A stretch of DNA of 64,000 nucleotides from a virus: positions 47,324-111,323 of the IMG/VR virus record IMGVR_UViG_3300028859_000013, one strand, 5' to 3'. Both the position numbers and the translations under genes were made by a program. The notes below the pieces were generated by a model. That model searched no databases, had not been told where the DNA came from, and saw only the letters and a list, made by a program, of their open reading frames with translations. Below, piece by piece: positions 29,320 to 39,010 of this stretch (the first letter of the stretch is position 1; each line of letters starts with the position of its first letter).

Positions 29320-30024
29320 ATGGAATATATTAAGAATTATAATAATTACAATGATGATATAATTTTAGAAAAATTAAATCTTAAATCTCTTTTAGATACA
29401 TTTAAATCGTTGAATAGTAAAAAAGTAGCTACTTTTATAGTAGGTGGACTTTTGACTATGATGACTGTTACACAAACAATAAATTATATAAACAATTTAA
29501 ATTTAAATGCTAATCAGAAAATAACATTAATACATACTGTTGATAAATTTAAAGATCCATTAAGTTTTGGAGTTAGTAATTTTATATATGAGCATATCAA
29601 AAACCACGAAAAATTAAAATTAAAGGCATATAGATTAAAAGATAATAAAATAACTATAGGATTTGGTCATGCTGAAAATATTGGAGAATCTAAATTTAAA
29701 ATTGGAGATCAAATAACTAAAGAACAAGCAGATCAATTATTTGAACAAGATTTACAATTTGCATATGATGGAGTTAGACGTATATTTAAAGAATGGAATA
29801 AAAAAGGAATCAATATAAAATTAACACAAAATCAGTTTGATGTTTTAGTGTCATTAGCATTTAATATGGGAATTGATAATTTAAGAACTTCAGATTTTAT
29901 TCAAGCATTAAAACGTAAAGATATTAAGAATGCATCAGAATTGATAAAAATTACTGGATTACGTGATGGATTTGCTGGATTAGTTGATAGAAGAGAAGAA
30001 GAATATAATATATTTATATCATAA
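29320..30024 (+). CDS. GH24 phage lysozyme with N-terminal extension
   Basis: HE..KAY..D..TIGFGH, LTQNQFDVLVSLAFNMG, GLVDRREEE; likely ATG start 29320. Confidence 0.88.
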   Translation: MEYIKNYNNYNDDIILEKLNLKSLLDTFKSLNSKKVATFIVGGLLTMMTVTQTINYINNLNLNANQKITLIHTVDKFKDPLSFGVSNFIYEHIKNHEKLKLKAYRLKDNKITIGFGHAENIGESKFKIGDQITKEQADQLFEQDLQFAYDGVRRIFKEWNKKGINIKLTQNQFDVLVSLAFNMGIDNLRTSDFIQALKRKDIKNASELIKITGLRDGFAGLVDRREEEYNIFIS

Positions 30025-30053
30025 AAAAGAGATTCAAATGAATCTCTTTTTAT

Positions 30054-30362
30054 TTATTTTAATCCTTTAAGATTATCAATTTGTTCAGTTAGCCATTTCA
30101 TATCAAAATTTTGATATACATTTTTTTTAACATACTCTAATGCTGATATTCTTTCATTAAGTATATTATTTTCTATTAGACCTTTAATTTTTTCAACTAA
30201 TTCTTCTTTACCATTAATGGTAATATCTTTATCAATTGAATTATCGTTTGTAATTTTAATAGAAATTGATTCATCTATTAAATCATAAATCTGATTTCTC
30301 AAAGTATCTTTGGCTTCATACTTTTTTTCAATTACGTCTTCTATTTTACTAAATTTTATCAT
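30054..30362 (-). CDS. hypothetical protein
   Basis: 102 aa ORF. Confidence 0.7.
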   Translation of the reverse strand: MIKFSKIEDVIEKKYEAKDTLRNQIYDLIDESISIKITNDNSIDKDITINGKEELVEKIKGLIENNILNERISALEYVKKNVYQNFDMKWLTEQIDNLKGLK

Positions 30363-30525
30363 ATTTATTTATTTATTTTTTCAGATAAGTATTTTCCACC
30401 TTTTTTAAAGTATCTTCATGACTATATATCTTTGTTAAATCCAATCCAATTTCTCTAATTTTTTTTCTTTTTCTATAAGCTATTTTTTAAACTCTTTCAA
30501 ATGTTTCATTTTTATATATTTATTT

Positions 30526-30792
30526 TCATTTGTAAGTATATCCTGATCTATTTGCCCAAATAAGTCCAGTAATTTGCATATATGTTACTCCATTTGCCAT
30601 AATAGCTGGATATGTATTTACCATAGTTGTACCTGTTATATATGGATATTCGTATTTCAATACTGTACCATCAATTGATGCTCTTTTAATTGACCATATT
30701 GAGTCTGTATCTTGAGTGCCTGGTGTCGCATATCCATAATATGTTGTTCCACTTTCATCAGAAGGATCAACTCTTAAAAGTTCCATTCCCAT
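30526..30792 (-). CDS. hypothetical protein, possibly virion-associated
   Basis: 88 aa, YYGYATPG..WSIKR..WANR. Confidence 0.65.
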   Translation of the reverse strand: MGMELLRVDPSDESGTTYYGYATPGTQDTDSIWSIKRASIDGTVLKYEYPYITGTTMVNTYPAIMANGVTYMQITGLIWANRSGYTYK

Positions 30793-30878
30793 AATTTATA
30801 TTTTTCTTTTATATATAAAAAAAATCATTTCATATTTATGTATATATAAAAAAAACTTATAATTAAATTATAAGTTTT

Positions 30879-31243
30879 TGGTGGAGATGTCGGCATACAA
30901 TAGCCGAGTCCAATATTGCCTTTCAGCATTTTCTACAAGTTTAGTTCATTTTTTCTAAAATAAACAAAAATACATAATTTTTAAATGATAATTATTAAAT
31001 TCATCAAACATTTTTACACCTTAAAATAGTTTGCTAACAAGGTTTCTGATTTTAGACCGATTAGGCTACTAAAACTTCATTACCAACAACAGCTTCAGAA
31101 ACTGCGAAAGTTGTATTAGAAGTTAAAATATGCGTATGTGCTTTGCCATTTAAATTTTACCCATTAATTTATTAATCGCTGATAGATAATGCGATACTTG
31201 CTGATAACCTTATTCTACATTACTGTCAAAATCGTTCATCCCC
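30879..31243 (-). ncRNA. ssrA: tmRNA
   Basis: 5' GGGGATG..TTTTGAC, 3' CATCTCC-A-CCA with G3:U70; internal tag ORF 31147-31061 GKAHTHILTSNTTFAVSEAVVGNEVLVA*. Confidence 0.88.
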
Positions 31244-31263
31244 TTTTGAACTGTATATAGTAA

Positions 31264-31536
31264 TTAAAAAATATAAAGTTTTTCTATTTTTTCTAATTTT
31301 AATTTTCTGACTTCATTTTTATATAATAATTTTTCATCATATGTTTCACTATCTGAAAAATTTTTAATTATACTATTTATATAATCTTTATTATTCTCAT
31401 ATCTTGGTAGAACATCAATTGAATCATCGTTATTTTTTCTAAAAAAAATATCACCTTTATTCAAATCTATAATTTCAATAGCATATAATGATATTGTATT
31501 ATTTATTTTTTGCACACTAAATTTTTCAGTTATCAT
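31264..31536 (-). CDS. hypothetical protein with RxxKL tag
   Basis: ends EVRKLKLEKIEKLYIF. Confidence 0.7.
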   Translation of the reverse strand: MITEKFSVQKINNTISLYAIEIIDLNKGDIFFRKNNDDSIDVLPRYENNKDYINSIIKNFSDSETYDEKLLYKNEVRKLKLEKIEKLYIF

Positions 31537-31537
31537 A

Positions 31538-31909
31538 TTATTCGTTTAATTTTGAACTTATATCATTTTTAATTTCTTCTGCAGTTATATTTGGATATTT
31601 TTCTTTAATAGATAAATATAATCTATCTCTATCATCTTTTAGTTTTTCTATTTTATCATAGAATGGTTGAATTATATTTTGAATAGATTTAATTTCTCTT
31701 TCTAAATATATTAATTTTTCATTTAAATCCATTGTTTTTCTAATATCATTCGCATCGGATTGAACAATAGTTTTCATTTCATCTTGAATTTTCTGAAATG
31801 CTTCTTTTTTTTTCATTATTATAGGTTCTTGATCTACAATTTCTTTTAAGTTTTGAAGATAATATTTCCTAATTCTTACTGCTTCATTAATATATTGATC
31901 ATTAATCAT
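31538..31909 (-). CDS. coiled-coil hypothetical protein
   Basis: 123 aa, operon context. Confidence 0.75.
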   Translation of the reverse strand: MINDQYINEAVRIRKYYLQNLKEIVDQEPIIMKKKEAFQKIQDEMKTIVQSDANDIRKTMDLNEKLIYLEREIKSIQNIIQPFYDKIEKLKDDRDRLYLSIKEKYPNITAEEIKNDISSKLNE

Positions 31910-32306
31910 TTTCTATATTTCTTTTTTCAATTAAATATGCAACATATTCTTCGTCTGACATTGTGTTTGTTGACTTATTTTCATCATTCTTAACAGTATC
32001 AGGAATTAATTCATTTTCAGTTTCATATTTCATTTTATACCATTCATCAATATCGAAATCTACATCTTCGATTCTATCGTTTAATCCGTATTCATTATAT
32101 TTTGAAATTAAATATCCAACATCAACAGTTTTACCTATTGTACCAGAGAAATAATCAATTAAAAAACTTGAAATAGTAGAAAAATCTTCCAATTCTATAG
32201 CTCTATCTATATAATAATCAGAAAGATATCCTGCCATTTTGATAATCTTCATTTCATATTCTTTTAATTTCCTAACTGAATCTAATTTTTTATTAATTTT
32301 ACTCAT
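31902..32306 (-). CDS. hypothetical protein
   Basis: 134 aa, operon context. Confidence 0.75.
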   Translation of the reverse strand: MSKINKKLDSVRKLKEYEMKIIKMAGYLSDYYIDRAIELEDFSTISSFLIDYFSGTIGKTVDVGYLISKYNEYGLNDRIEDVDFDIDEWYKMKYETENELIPDTVKNDENKSTNTMSDEEYVAYLIEKRNIEND

Positions 32307-32315
32307 TTGTGTTAT

Positions 32316-33071
32316 TTATTTTTTAAGTTCGTTATCAATAATTGTTTTAAGTTGATTATATATCTCATTTTTTAATTTAGTTGGATCTTTTATTATTTTT
32401 TCTGATATTAATGTTGCGTAATATTCAACAGCATCAGCTTCTACATTTTCTTGAATCATTCCAATAAAATTAGGATTAGGAATCATTTCTTCTATAGGAA
32501 TACTCATTTTTATTGAATAATTACTTTTAAACATATTAAACATCATTTTAATAGGATCAACTTTTGGTTCTTCTTTTTTTATTTCTATTGGTTTATCGCC
32601 ATTTAAAAATTTTTCATCATCAATTTCATCCCAATTTTTTTCTTGTACACTTGGTATATCTGCACCTGGCATATTTTGTCTCCATTCATCTAGCATTGCT
32701 TTCTTTTGTTGCGGAGTTAAATTTACTGAGCCTTCAACCTGTTTTTGTTTTACTTGAGATTGAGACATAGAATTATCAGATAATACAACAGGTTCTTCAA
32801 TGAATTTTACTTTAGCTCCAGATGTTGGATTGTCTGTTATTTTACTAGTATCTAAATTTTTTAGTTGTTGAGCCATATTCATTAATGGATCACTAGACGG
32901 AGCTTGAAAAAAAGAGTCAGGATTTATAGATTCTTCTATCATATCATATTTTTTGGCTAATACATCTTTTTTGATACTTACATTATCACTTAATACATAG
33001 AAATTAGTATCCTCTTTTACAATACTAACTCTTTCTCCTGTTTGTTTATTTATAAAAACACTATTCGGCAT
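32316..33071 (-). CDS. hypothetical protein
   Basis: 251 aa ORF. Confidence 0.8.
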   Translation of the reverse strand: MPNSVFINKQTGERVSIVKEDTNFYVLSDNVSIKKDVLAKKYDMIEESINPDSFFQAPSSDPLMNMAQQLKNLDTSKITDNPTSGAKVKFIEEPVVLSDNSMSQSQVKQKQVEGSVNLTPQQKKAMLDEWRQNMPGADIPSVQEKNWDEIDDEKFLNGDKPIEIKKEEPKVDPIKMMFNMFKSNYSIKMSIPIEEMIPNPNFIGMIQENVEADAVEYYATLISEKIIKDPTKLKNEIYNQLKTIIDNELKK

Positions 33072-33139
33072 AATTTTAATTTATTTTTATTATATATATT
33101 GAAATATAGTATCTATAAAAAAAAAGTTTTAAATAATAG

Positions 33140-33415
33140 ATGAAATATATAAAAACATTTGAAGAAAAATTATATCAACCTGGTAAAAAATTGTTATGTA
33201 TTAATAATAACGTTGGTGAATTAGAAGATAAATATGATTTTACTATTGGTAAATTTTATAATATACATGAATATGAATCTTGGTGGATATCATTTATAGA
33301 TGATAAAGGAGTTGCACAATTTTTTAAACCTTCAGATGTTTCTAAAAATTTTTCAACTGCTTAAAGTTTAGAAGAGTATGAAATAATAAAAAATACTAAT
33401 AAATTTAATATATAG
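33140..33415 (+). pseudogene. CTS/KFNI family gene with in-frame TAA before its C-terminal tag
   Basis: MKYIKTFEE...NFSTA*SLEEYEIIKNTNKFNI*. Confidence 0.7.
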
Positions 33416-33419
33416 ATTT

Positions 33420-33863
33420 ATGATAACAAAATTTAAAATTTTTGAGGATGTAGATTATGATGAATCTAAATATATTGGAAAGTTTTGTGCTTTAAAATCA
33501 GATGATAATGATATAAAAATGACTATATCTTTATGTACTCGTGTAGATTTTCACGATGATTTTAGTGTGTTTGCTGTATTTGATTGTTTTGATATTGATA
33601 AAAATGATAATATTAGTGATCCAGTAGGTGATCATGAAAATTTTACTAAAGATGAATTTAAAAAAATTAATTTTATGACATCAATTGAATTTTATAATAG
33701 TCATAAAGATATTTGTGAGAAATTATATTTTAAAATTAGTGAAGATATTAAAAAAATAGGATTAGAATATTGGAAACTCTTAATATTAAGAGATTATAAA
33801 AAAGTATTAGATACAATACCTTATTTTAAGTTTTTTGTTGATTCTGATAAATTCAATATATAA
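33420..33863 (+). CDS. CTS-like/KFNI family protein
   Basis: MITKFKIFE...DKFNI. Confidence 0.8.
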   Translation: MITKFKIFEDVDYDESKYIGKFCALKSDDNDIKMTISLCTRVDFHDDFSVFAVFDCFDIDKNDNISDPVGDHENFTKDEFKKINFMTSIEFYNSHKDICEKLYFKISEDIKKIGLEYWKLLILRDYKKVLDTIPYFKFFVDSDKFNI

Positions 33864-33900
33864 TTTTTATATATACATAAATAGAAAAAATATTTAACCT

Positions 33901-34521
33901 ATGATAAGTAAAGAACTTCGTTATTCGGAATTAAAATTTAATGGTAAAATTTTCACTGAACAGTGGAAAATTGATGAGATTTTAATTGATAATAAATTCA
34001 ATTGGATGGTTAATGCAGAAATAAAAAATGCTAGACTTGAAATTTTTCAAGATACATTAGTTTGGAATGCTGGTATTTGGTATAATGGTGATTGGTATTT
34101 TGGAGTTTGGAGAGATGGTGAGTGGAGATATGGTAATTGGCAAAATGGAGTATGGTATAATGGAGTATGGAGAAATGGAATTTTTAAATCAGGAATTATA
34201 TACAAAGGAAATTTTTTTAAAGGAAAAATAGAAGGAGGAGAAATACGTGGTGGTAATTTCATAGATGTTGAAATATCTCCAAATGTAGTTGAATATACTG
34301 GTGATGAATATCAAGTAAAAAAACAAGAAGAACAAGAAAATAAACAAGTTGCAACAGCGCAAGCACAACCTATAACACAATCTCAGCCTAATGTAACAGA
34401 TAAAGTTAAAGTTCATAGTTCACAAGCAGAAGTTACACAACCTATTCAACCAAAAAAAGAAAGTATAAAATATAAAATATCAAGAGTGAAAAATTTTGAA
34501 TCATTCTCAAAAAATAATTAA
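33901..34521 (+). CDS. G-x-W pentapeptide-repeat protein
   Basis: WNAGIWYNGDWYFGVWRDGEWRYGNWQNGVWYNGVWRNG. Confidence 0.75.
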   Translation: MISKELRYSELKFNGKIFTEQWKIDEILIDNKFNWMVNAEIKNARLEIFQDTLVWNAGIWYNGDWYFGVWRDGEWRYGNWQNGVWYNGVWRNGIFKSGIIYKGNFFKGKIEGGEIRGGNFIDVEISPNVVEYTGDEYQVKKQEEQENKQVATAQAQPITQSQPNVTDKVKVHSSQAEVTQPIQPKKESIKYKISRVKNFESFSKNN

Positions 34522-34526
34522 ATAAA

Positions 34527-34844
34527 ATGAATAAAACAACTTTAAATTTTGATGATTTCATAACTGAAAAACATCATGACAAAGAAGATAAAATTGATAC
34601 CATTACAATGGATGTTCCATTATTTATTCGTATGCTTGAATTTGCAAAAGAAGATGCTAAAACTGATATGGATTTACATAAAGCAACAGAAATCGCGCTT
34701 AAAATTTCAAAAAAAGAAGGTAAATTATCTATGGATAATTATTATAAAATCGTAAGTGAATGCGGTCAAGAAGAAGGTAAAGAAGATGATAAGAAAGATG
34801 ATAAAAAAGACAAAGACGATAAAGACGATAAAAAAGATAAATGA
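34527..34844 (+). CDS. CTS-like protein with D/K-rich tail
   Basis: LNFDDFITE; DVPLFIRMLEFAKED. Confidence 0.7.
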   Translation: MNKTTLNFDDFITEKHHDKEDKIDTITMDVPLFIRMLEFAKEDAKTDMDLHKATEIALKISKKEGKLSMDNYYKIVSECGQEEGKEDDKKDDKKDKDDKDDKKDK

Positions 34845-35152
34845 AAATGAAAAAAACTTTAAAATTTGATGCTTTTTTAAATGAAACATTATCAACTATT
34901 CCAGGTTCAAAAAACTCATCATCAGATAAACAGATTCTAAGAGCAGCAATTTTAGCGGAGCTAGATACTATCAACTTATATGAGCAAATGGCTGACGAAG
35001 CTAACGATAGAAAAATTAAAGATACGTTACTAGATGTGTCTAGAGAGGAGAAGGTTCATATCGGTGAATTTCAAACCTTACTAAAAGAAATTGATGAAGA
35101 ATATGCTGAGGAATTGAAAAATGGTAAAAAAGAAGTAAAAAACAAAGAATAA
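34841..35152 (+). CDS. ferritin-like protein (encapsulin-cargo type) with CTS-like N-terminus
   Basis: AILAELDTINLYEQ...EEKVHIGEF di-iron motif. Confidence 0.8.
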   Translation: MKMKKTLKFDAFLNETLSTIPGSKNSSSDKQILRAAILAELDTINLYEQMADEANDRKIKDTLLDVSREEKVHIGEFQTLLKEIDEEYAEELKNGKKEVKNKE

Positions 35153-35164
35153 AATATAAATAAA

Positions 35165-36130
35165 ATGAGTATACCTTTAAATTGTGATCATCTTTTAAAT
35201 AAGTCACTTGATATTATATCAGCAAATTATAAAAATATATCAGATGAACAATTTTCAAATAATTCAAATCTATCTGATTTTAATTTTATTGATATCGTTT
35301 ATATTTATGCTCTTACAGATAACGAAAATACTGTAAGATACGTTGGCAAAACAAATAATCCTCACAAAAGAAGATTAAAACATATATCTGATGCTAAAAA
35401 TTTAGTCGGAAATAGACATAAATGTAATTGGATTAGAAAGGTGATAAAATCTGGAAATTCTATAAATATTAAAATATTAGAAACTTGTAAAGAGGAAGAT
35501 TGGATTAATAGAGAAAAATTTTGGATTTCTCAATTTAAAAATTTAGTTAATATATCTGAAGGAGGAGAAAGTGGAGGAAATAAAAAATATCACAAAACAT
35601 TTAAATATGTAAAAAATTGGGTTAATAAAAATATTCCAGATCTTAAAATAAAAGAAGATTGGTTAGAATATATAAAAAATAATACGTTACCTAAATTTAT
35701 ACCTAAACACCCGTATACAGCATATAAATGTAAAGGTTGGATTTCTTGGGGTGATTTTTTAAATAATGGAAAAGAAACATTCTTGGATTATATTAATTGC
35801 AAAATATGGATTAAAAATAATTATCCAAATATAACAACTCAAAAAACTTGGAGACAAAATAAACATTTATTTCCAGGATTCATTCCAAAAAGACCAGATT
35901 CTACATATAGTAAATCTGGTTGGATATCTTGGAAATCATTTTATCAAAAAGAATTTATGTCATATGATGATTGTAAAAAATGGTTAAATTATAATTATCC
36001 AAAGATTAATACTAGGAATTATTTCGATATTTTTAGCAAATCATCAGATAGACCTTTAAATATACCGAGTTGTCCATATATTGTATATAAAGATAATGGA
36101 TGGATATCTTGGTCAAAATTTCTTAGATAA
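35165..36130 (+). CDS. GIY-YIG homing endonuclease with C-terminal repeats
   Basis: YIYAL..RYVGKT; three IP..P...Y...GWISW repeats. Confidence 0.8.
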   Translation: MSIPLNCDHLLNKSLDIISANYKNISDEQFSNNSNLSDFNFIDIVYIYALTDNENTVRYVGKTNNPHKRRLKHISDAKNLVGNRHKCNWIRKVIKSGNSINIKILETCKEEDWINREKFWISQFKNLVNISEGGESGGNKKYHKTFKYVKNWVNKNIPDLKIKEDWLEYIKNNTLPKFIPKHPYTAYKCKGWISWGDFLNNGKETFLDYINCKIWIKNNYPNITTQKTWRQNKHLFPGFIPKRPDSTYSKSGWISWKSFYQKEFMSYDDCKKWLNYNYPKINTRNYFDIFSKSSDRPLNIPSCPYIVYKDNGWISWSKFLR

Positions 36131-36158
36131 AAAGAAACAAAAATACAAAAAAAATAAT

Positions 36159-36689
36159 ATGAAAAAATTAAAAACATTTGAATCATATGTAGATGACGCA
36201 GAAGAATCTGGATTATATGATGATATGAGTGAGCTTCTTGATAAAGCTAATATTCTTATATGTAATTATAAAGGTATTAATCCAGAAGAAAATAATGACG
36301 CATCAGATCCAGAAGAAACAAATGATTCATTAGCTAAAATTGCTACGCCAGAAGCAATTAATTTAATTAAAGAAATAAATGATAAATCTACTGAAATCGA
36401 TGAGATGGAATCAGAATCATATTATAATGAAGACGATGAATTATCTGAATCTGTAGGTGATTTAGAAGATAGTTTCGTTAAAATTAATATAGATGAAACT
36501 GATTTAGAAGATTCAGATAGAAAAAAATCTGGTAAATTGAATCAAAAAACTGGTAATATTATTATTGAAAATCCAAGTAAGACAGATGAGTATAACGCAA
36601 AAATGAGATTAGGTGGAGAAGTTATTGTTGATCCTAAATTTCCTGAAAAATCTATACATCACGTAAAAAGTTTTAATGATTTTCATTAA
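36159..36689 (+). CDS. acidic CTS-like protein
   Basis: start moved to MKKLKTFESY; ends VKSFNDFH. Confidence 0.7.
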   Translation: MKKLKTFESYVDDAEESGLYDDMSELLDKANILICNYKGINPEENNDASDPEETNDSLAKIATPEAINLIKEINDKSTEIDEMESESYYNEDDELSESVGDLEDSFVKINIDETDLEDSDRKKSGKLNQKTGNIIIENPSKTDEYNAKMRLGGEVIVDPKFPEKSIHHVKSFNDFH

Positions 36690-36719
36690 TAGAACCATGT
36701 AAATGAAATATATAATATA

Positions 36720-37043
36720 ATGGGATATATTTATTTATTAGAATCATCTAATGATGATGGTATAATTTACAAAATTGGTTATACAAAAAATTCAGTCCAA
36801 AAAAGAATTAATTCATTACAAACAGGCAATCCTTTTTTAATAAAGGAATTGTGCTGCTTTCAAACGAAATATAATCAAAGATTAGAAAAAAGTCTACACA
36901 ATTTCTATTCTCATTGTAGATTAAATGGTGAATGGTTCAAATTAAATATATCGGAGATTAATAATTTCATTACGTTATGTAATAAATTAGAAAATAATTT
37001 TGAAAATCTACAAAATAATCATTTTATTTCAAAAATGTTTTGA
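36720..37043 (+). CDS. GIY-YIG (T5orf172/MUG113-like) protein
   Basis: GYIYL..YKIGYT..RINSLQTGNP..GEWF. Confidence 0.85.
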   Translation: MGYIYLLESSNDDGIIYKIGYTKNSVQKRINSLQTGNPFLIKELCCFQTKYNQRLEKSLHNFYSHCRLNGEWFKLNISEINNFITLCNKLENNFENLQNNHFISKMF

Positions 37044-37069
37044 TATATCAAATAAAAATACTATCTTTG
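37039..37069 (+). promoter_or_regulatory. Bacteroidota primary-sigma promoter
   Basis: TTTG-N19-TATCTTTG upstream of tRNA(CAT). Confidence 0.75.
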
Positions 37070-37122
37070 TACTCAATTCTAAAACAAATTATGTTTTTAA
37101 ACATATAATAATAGTATAATAA

Positions 37123-37195
37123 GGATCATTAGCCAAGTCGTTACGGCATCTGGCTCATAACCAGAAGATCGTTGGTTCGATTCCAACATGATCCA
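37123..37195 (+). tRNA. tRNA(CAT), Met or Ile2
   Basis: GGATCAT/ATGATCC; TCTGG-CTCATAA-CCAGA; GTTGG-TTCGATT-CCAAC. Confidence 0.9.
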
Positions 37196-37241
37196 CAATC
37201 ATAAATTTTTATGATTATAATAAAATAATAAATAAATAAAG

Positions 37242-37403
37242 ATGAAAAAAGTAATTTTAATGATCGCAGTTATTGCTGCTTTTACATTTGCTTCTTGTAC
37301 TCCAAAGAGTGCAAAATCTACAACTCCTGCTCAGGATTCAATTTCTGCTGTTGATTCAGCTAGTGTTGATACAGTAGCAGTTGATACTGTAGTAGCAAAG
37401 TAA
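37242..37403 (+). CDS. small lipoprotein
   Basis: MKKVILMIAVIAAFTFAS-C lipobox, then Ala/Asp/Ser/Thr/Val-rich tail; 53 aa, below ORF-track cutoff. Confidence 0.8.
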   Translation: MKKVILMIAVIAAFTFASCTPKSAKSTTPAQDSISAVDSASVDTVAVDTVVAK

Positions 37404-37538
37404 CAAATTTGTAAATAATTTGCGAAAATAAAAAAATCTGTATTTTTTAATACAGATTTTTTTATTTTCTATAAACTTGTAATATTTTTTGTACTATTAT
37501 TGATAACTCAGTTGTTGAATATATAGGAGAAAAAATAT

Positions 37539-38033
37539 ATGAATACAATAATGGCATTTATTTTAGGAATGTTGTCAGTTATAGTTTTTGCAGCGATTGT
37601 AATGGGTGTAATTGCATTTTTTAGGGTAATAAAAATGAATAAGAAAATTATTGAATTAGAAACAAATATGACAAATAATGTTGGTGAAATATATGATAAT
37701 ATGCAAATACAATCGACTGATTTATCTAATATGATTTCTAAGTTAGAAAAATCTACAGAAAATAATTTTAGTGAAACACACAATATTATTAATAATAATG
37801 TAGAGACATTAAATAATGAAATTTCACAATTATCTAGTGAAATTTATCGTACAATGGATTCAAGATTCAATAAATTTGAGAATAAAGTTGATAGCGAAAG
37901 AGAAACTGTTTATAGAACAATGGATTCAAGATTTGCTAATGTTGAAAATAAAATTAATAGTGAAAATGTATCTATTAATAGAAATATTGAGTTTAGATTT
38001 AATGAACTTGATAAAAAATCAAAAGGTGAATAA
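37539..38033 (+). CDS. membrane-anchored coiled-coil protein
   Basis: N-terminal TM, YRTMDSRF x2. Confidence 0.75.
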   Translation: MNTIMAFILGMLSVIVFAAIVMGVIAFFRVIKMNKKIIELETNMTNNVGEIYDNMQIQSTDLSNMISKLEKSTENNFSETHNIINNNVETLNNEISQLSSEIYRTMDSRFNKFENKVDSERETVYRTMDSRFANVENKINSENVSINRNIEFRFNELDKKSKGE

Positions 38034-38081
38034 CCTTTATAAAAATAATAAAAATTCAACAACCGAGTTAATAAAAAATCA

Positions 38082-38480
38082 TCAATTTTTAATTGATGAT
38101 TTTTTGTTTTTATATTTTCTATTATTGTAAGGCGTGATAATTTTATTATGTGAAAATGTGAAATTTTTAAGTTTTTTAGTAAGTTGTTTTCTTGGATTAA
38201 ACATCTTCATTAATTCTTTCATGATACTCTTATCAATTTCTTTTGATAGTTCTAAGCTAAAAATTTCTGAAACATCTGCTATAGTTGAATGATTAACTAT
38301 ATCATTAATTTTATTATATAATTTTACATTATCAATAGATAATATTTTTATTTTTCTTGTAATTTTATCAGTAGTAGAATAATAGATATTAGGAAAATCA
38401 GTAAAATATATATAAAAATGACTTTCTATAAATTTTATTTCTGATTTTCTATTTGCTGTATATTTATATAAGTTATTCAT
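38082..38480 (-). CDS. hypothetical protein with RxxKL tag and gp23-like helix
   Basis: ITRKIKILSI; SEIFSLELSKEIDKSIM. Confidence 0.55.
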   Translation of the reverse strand: MNNLYKYTANRKSEIKFIESHFYIYFTDFPNIYYSTTDKITRKIKILSIDNVKLYNKINDIVNHSTIADVSEIFSLELSKEIDKSIMKELMKMFNPRKQLTKKLKNFTFSHNKIITPYNNRKYKNKKSSIKN

Positions 38481-38492
38481 TTAGTTATTTAG

Positions 38493-38972
38493 TTATTTTC
38501 CAGTTGTTCCAAATCCGCCTCTATTTTCGGAATTCAAATCATCAACATAAATAATATTAATACCATTTGAGAAAAGCCATTTTAATTTTACCCAAAATGG
38601 TGCAAACATTGTTGGCTTGATTTCAAATTGACAAATTCTTTCACTTTCATTAATTGTAATATCATCCATAGCTAATGCTGCAAATTTCCATCTATCGTTA
38701 TTACCAGAATATCCAGATTCTTTTTTTGTTGGACCATCAACAACTCCATAGTGATTTGTTTGTAATAGTTTAAAGTTTTTATATGTACCAGATCTTGGTA
38801 CTATATTACCTTGATAATATTTAGGTAGTTTCATAGAAACTCCTAAATCAAGTAATTTAAAATCGAATTTTTTAAGCGTTGTAGTTTCAGACACTCTTAA
38901 ATCTATCCAGTTTCCAAATGAAACCAATTCACAATTTTCATTGTGCAATTTAACGTATATTTTTATTTTCAT
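38493..38972 (-). CDS. dut: trimeric dUTPase
   Basis: IDLR, PRSG, GVVD..YSG, RICQ, RGGFGTTG motifs. Confidence 0.92.
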   Translation of the reverse strand: MKIKIYVKLHNENCELVSFGNWIDLRVSETTTLKKFDFKLLDLGVSMKLPKYYQGNIVPRSGTYKNFKLLQTNHYGVVDGPTKKESGYSGNNDRWKFAALAMDDITINESERICQFEIKPTMFAPFWVKLKWLFSNGINIIYVDDLNSENRGGFGTTGK

Positions 38973-39010
38973 TATATTTTTAATTTTTTTAATTTAATTT
39001 TTCTATTATT

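Noticed and set aside
37242-38033. Spanin pair (lipoprotein plus TM coiled coil)
   Set aside because: Separated by a terminator, driven by a host-type promoter, and the positive charges after the TM imply a cytoplasmic coiled coil.
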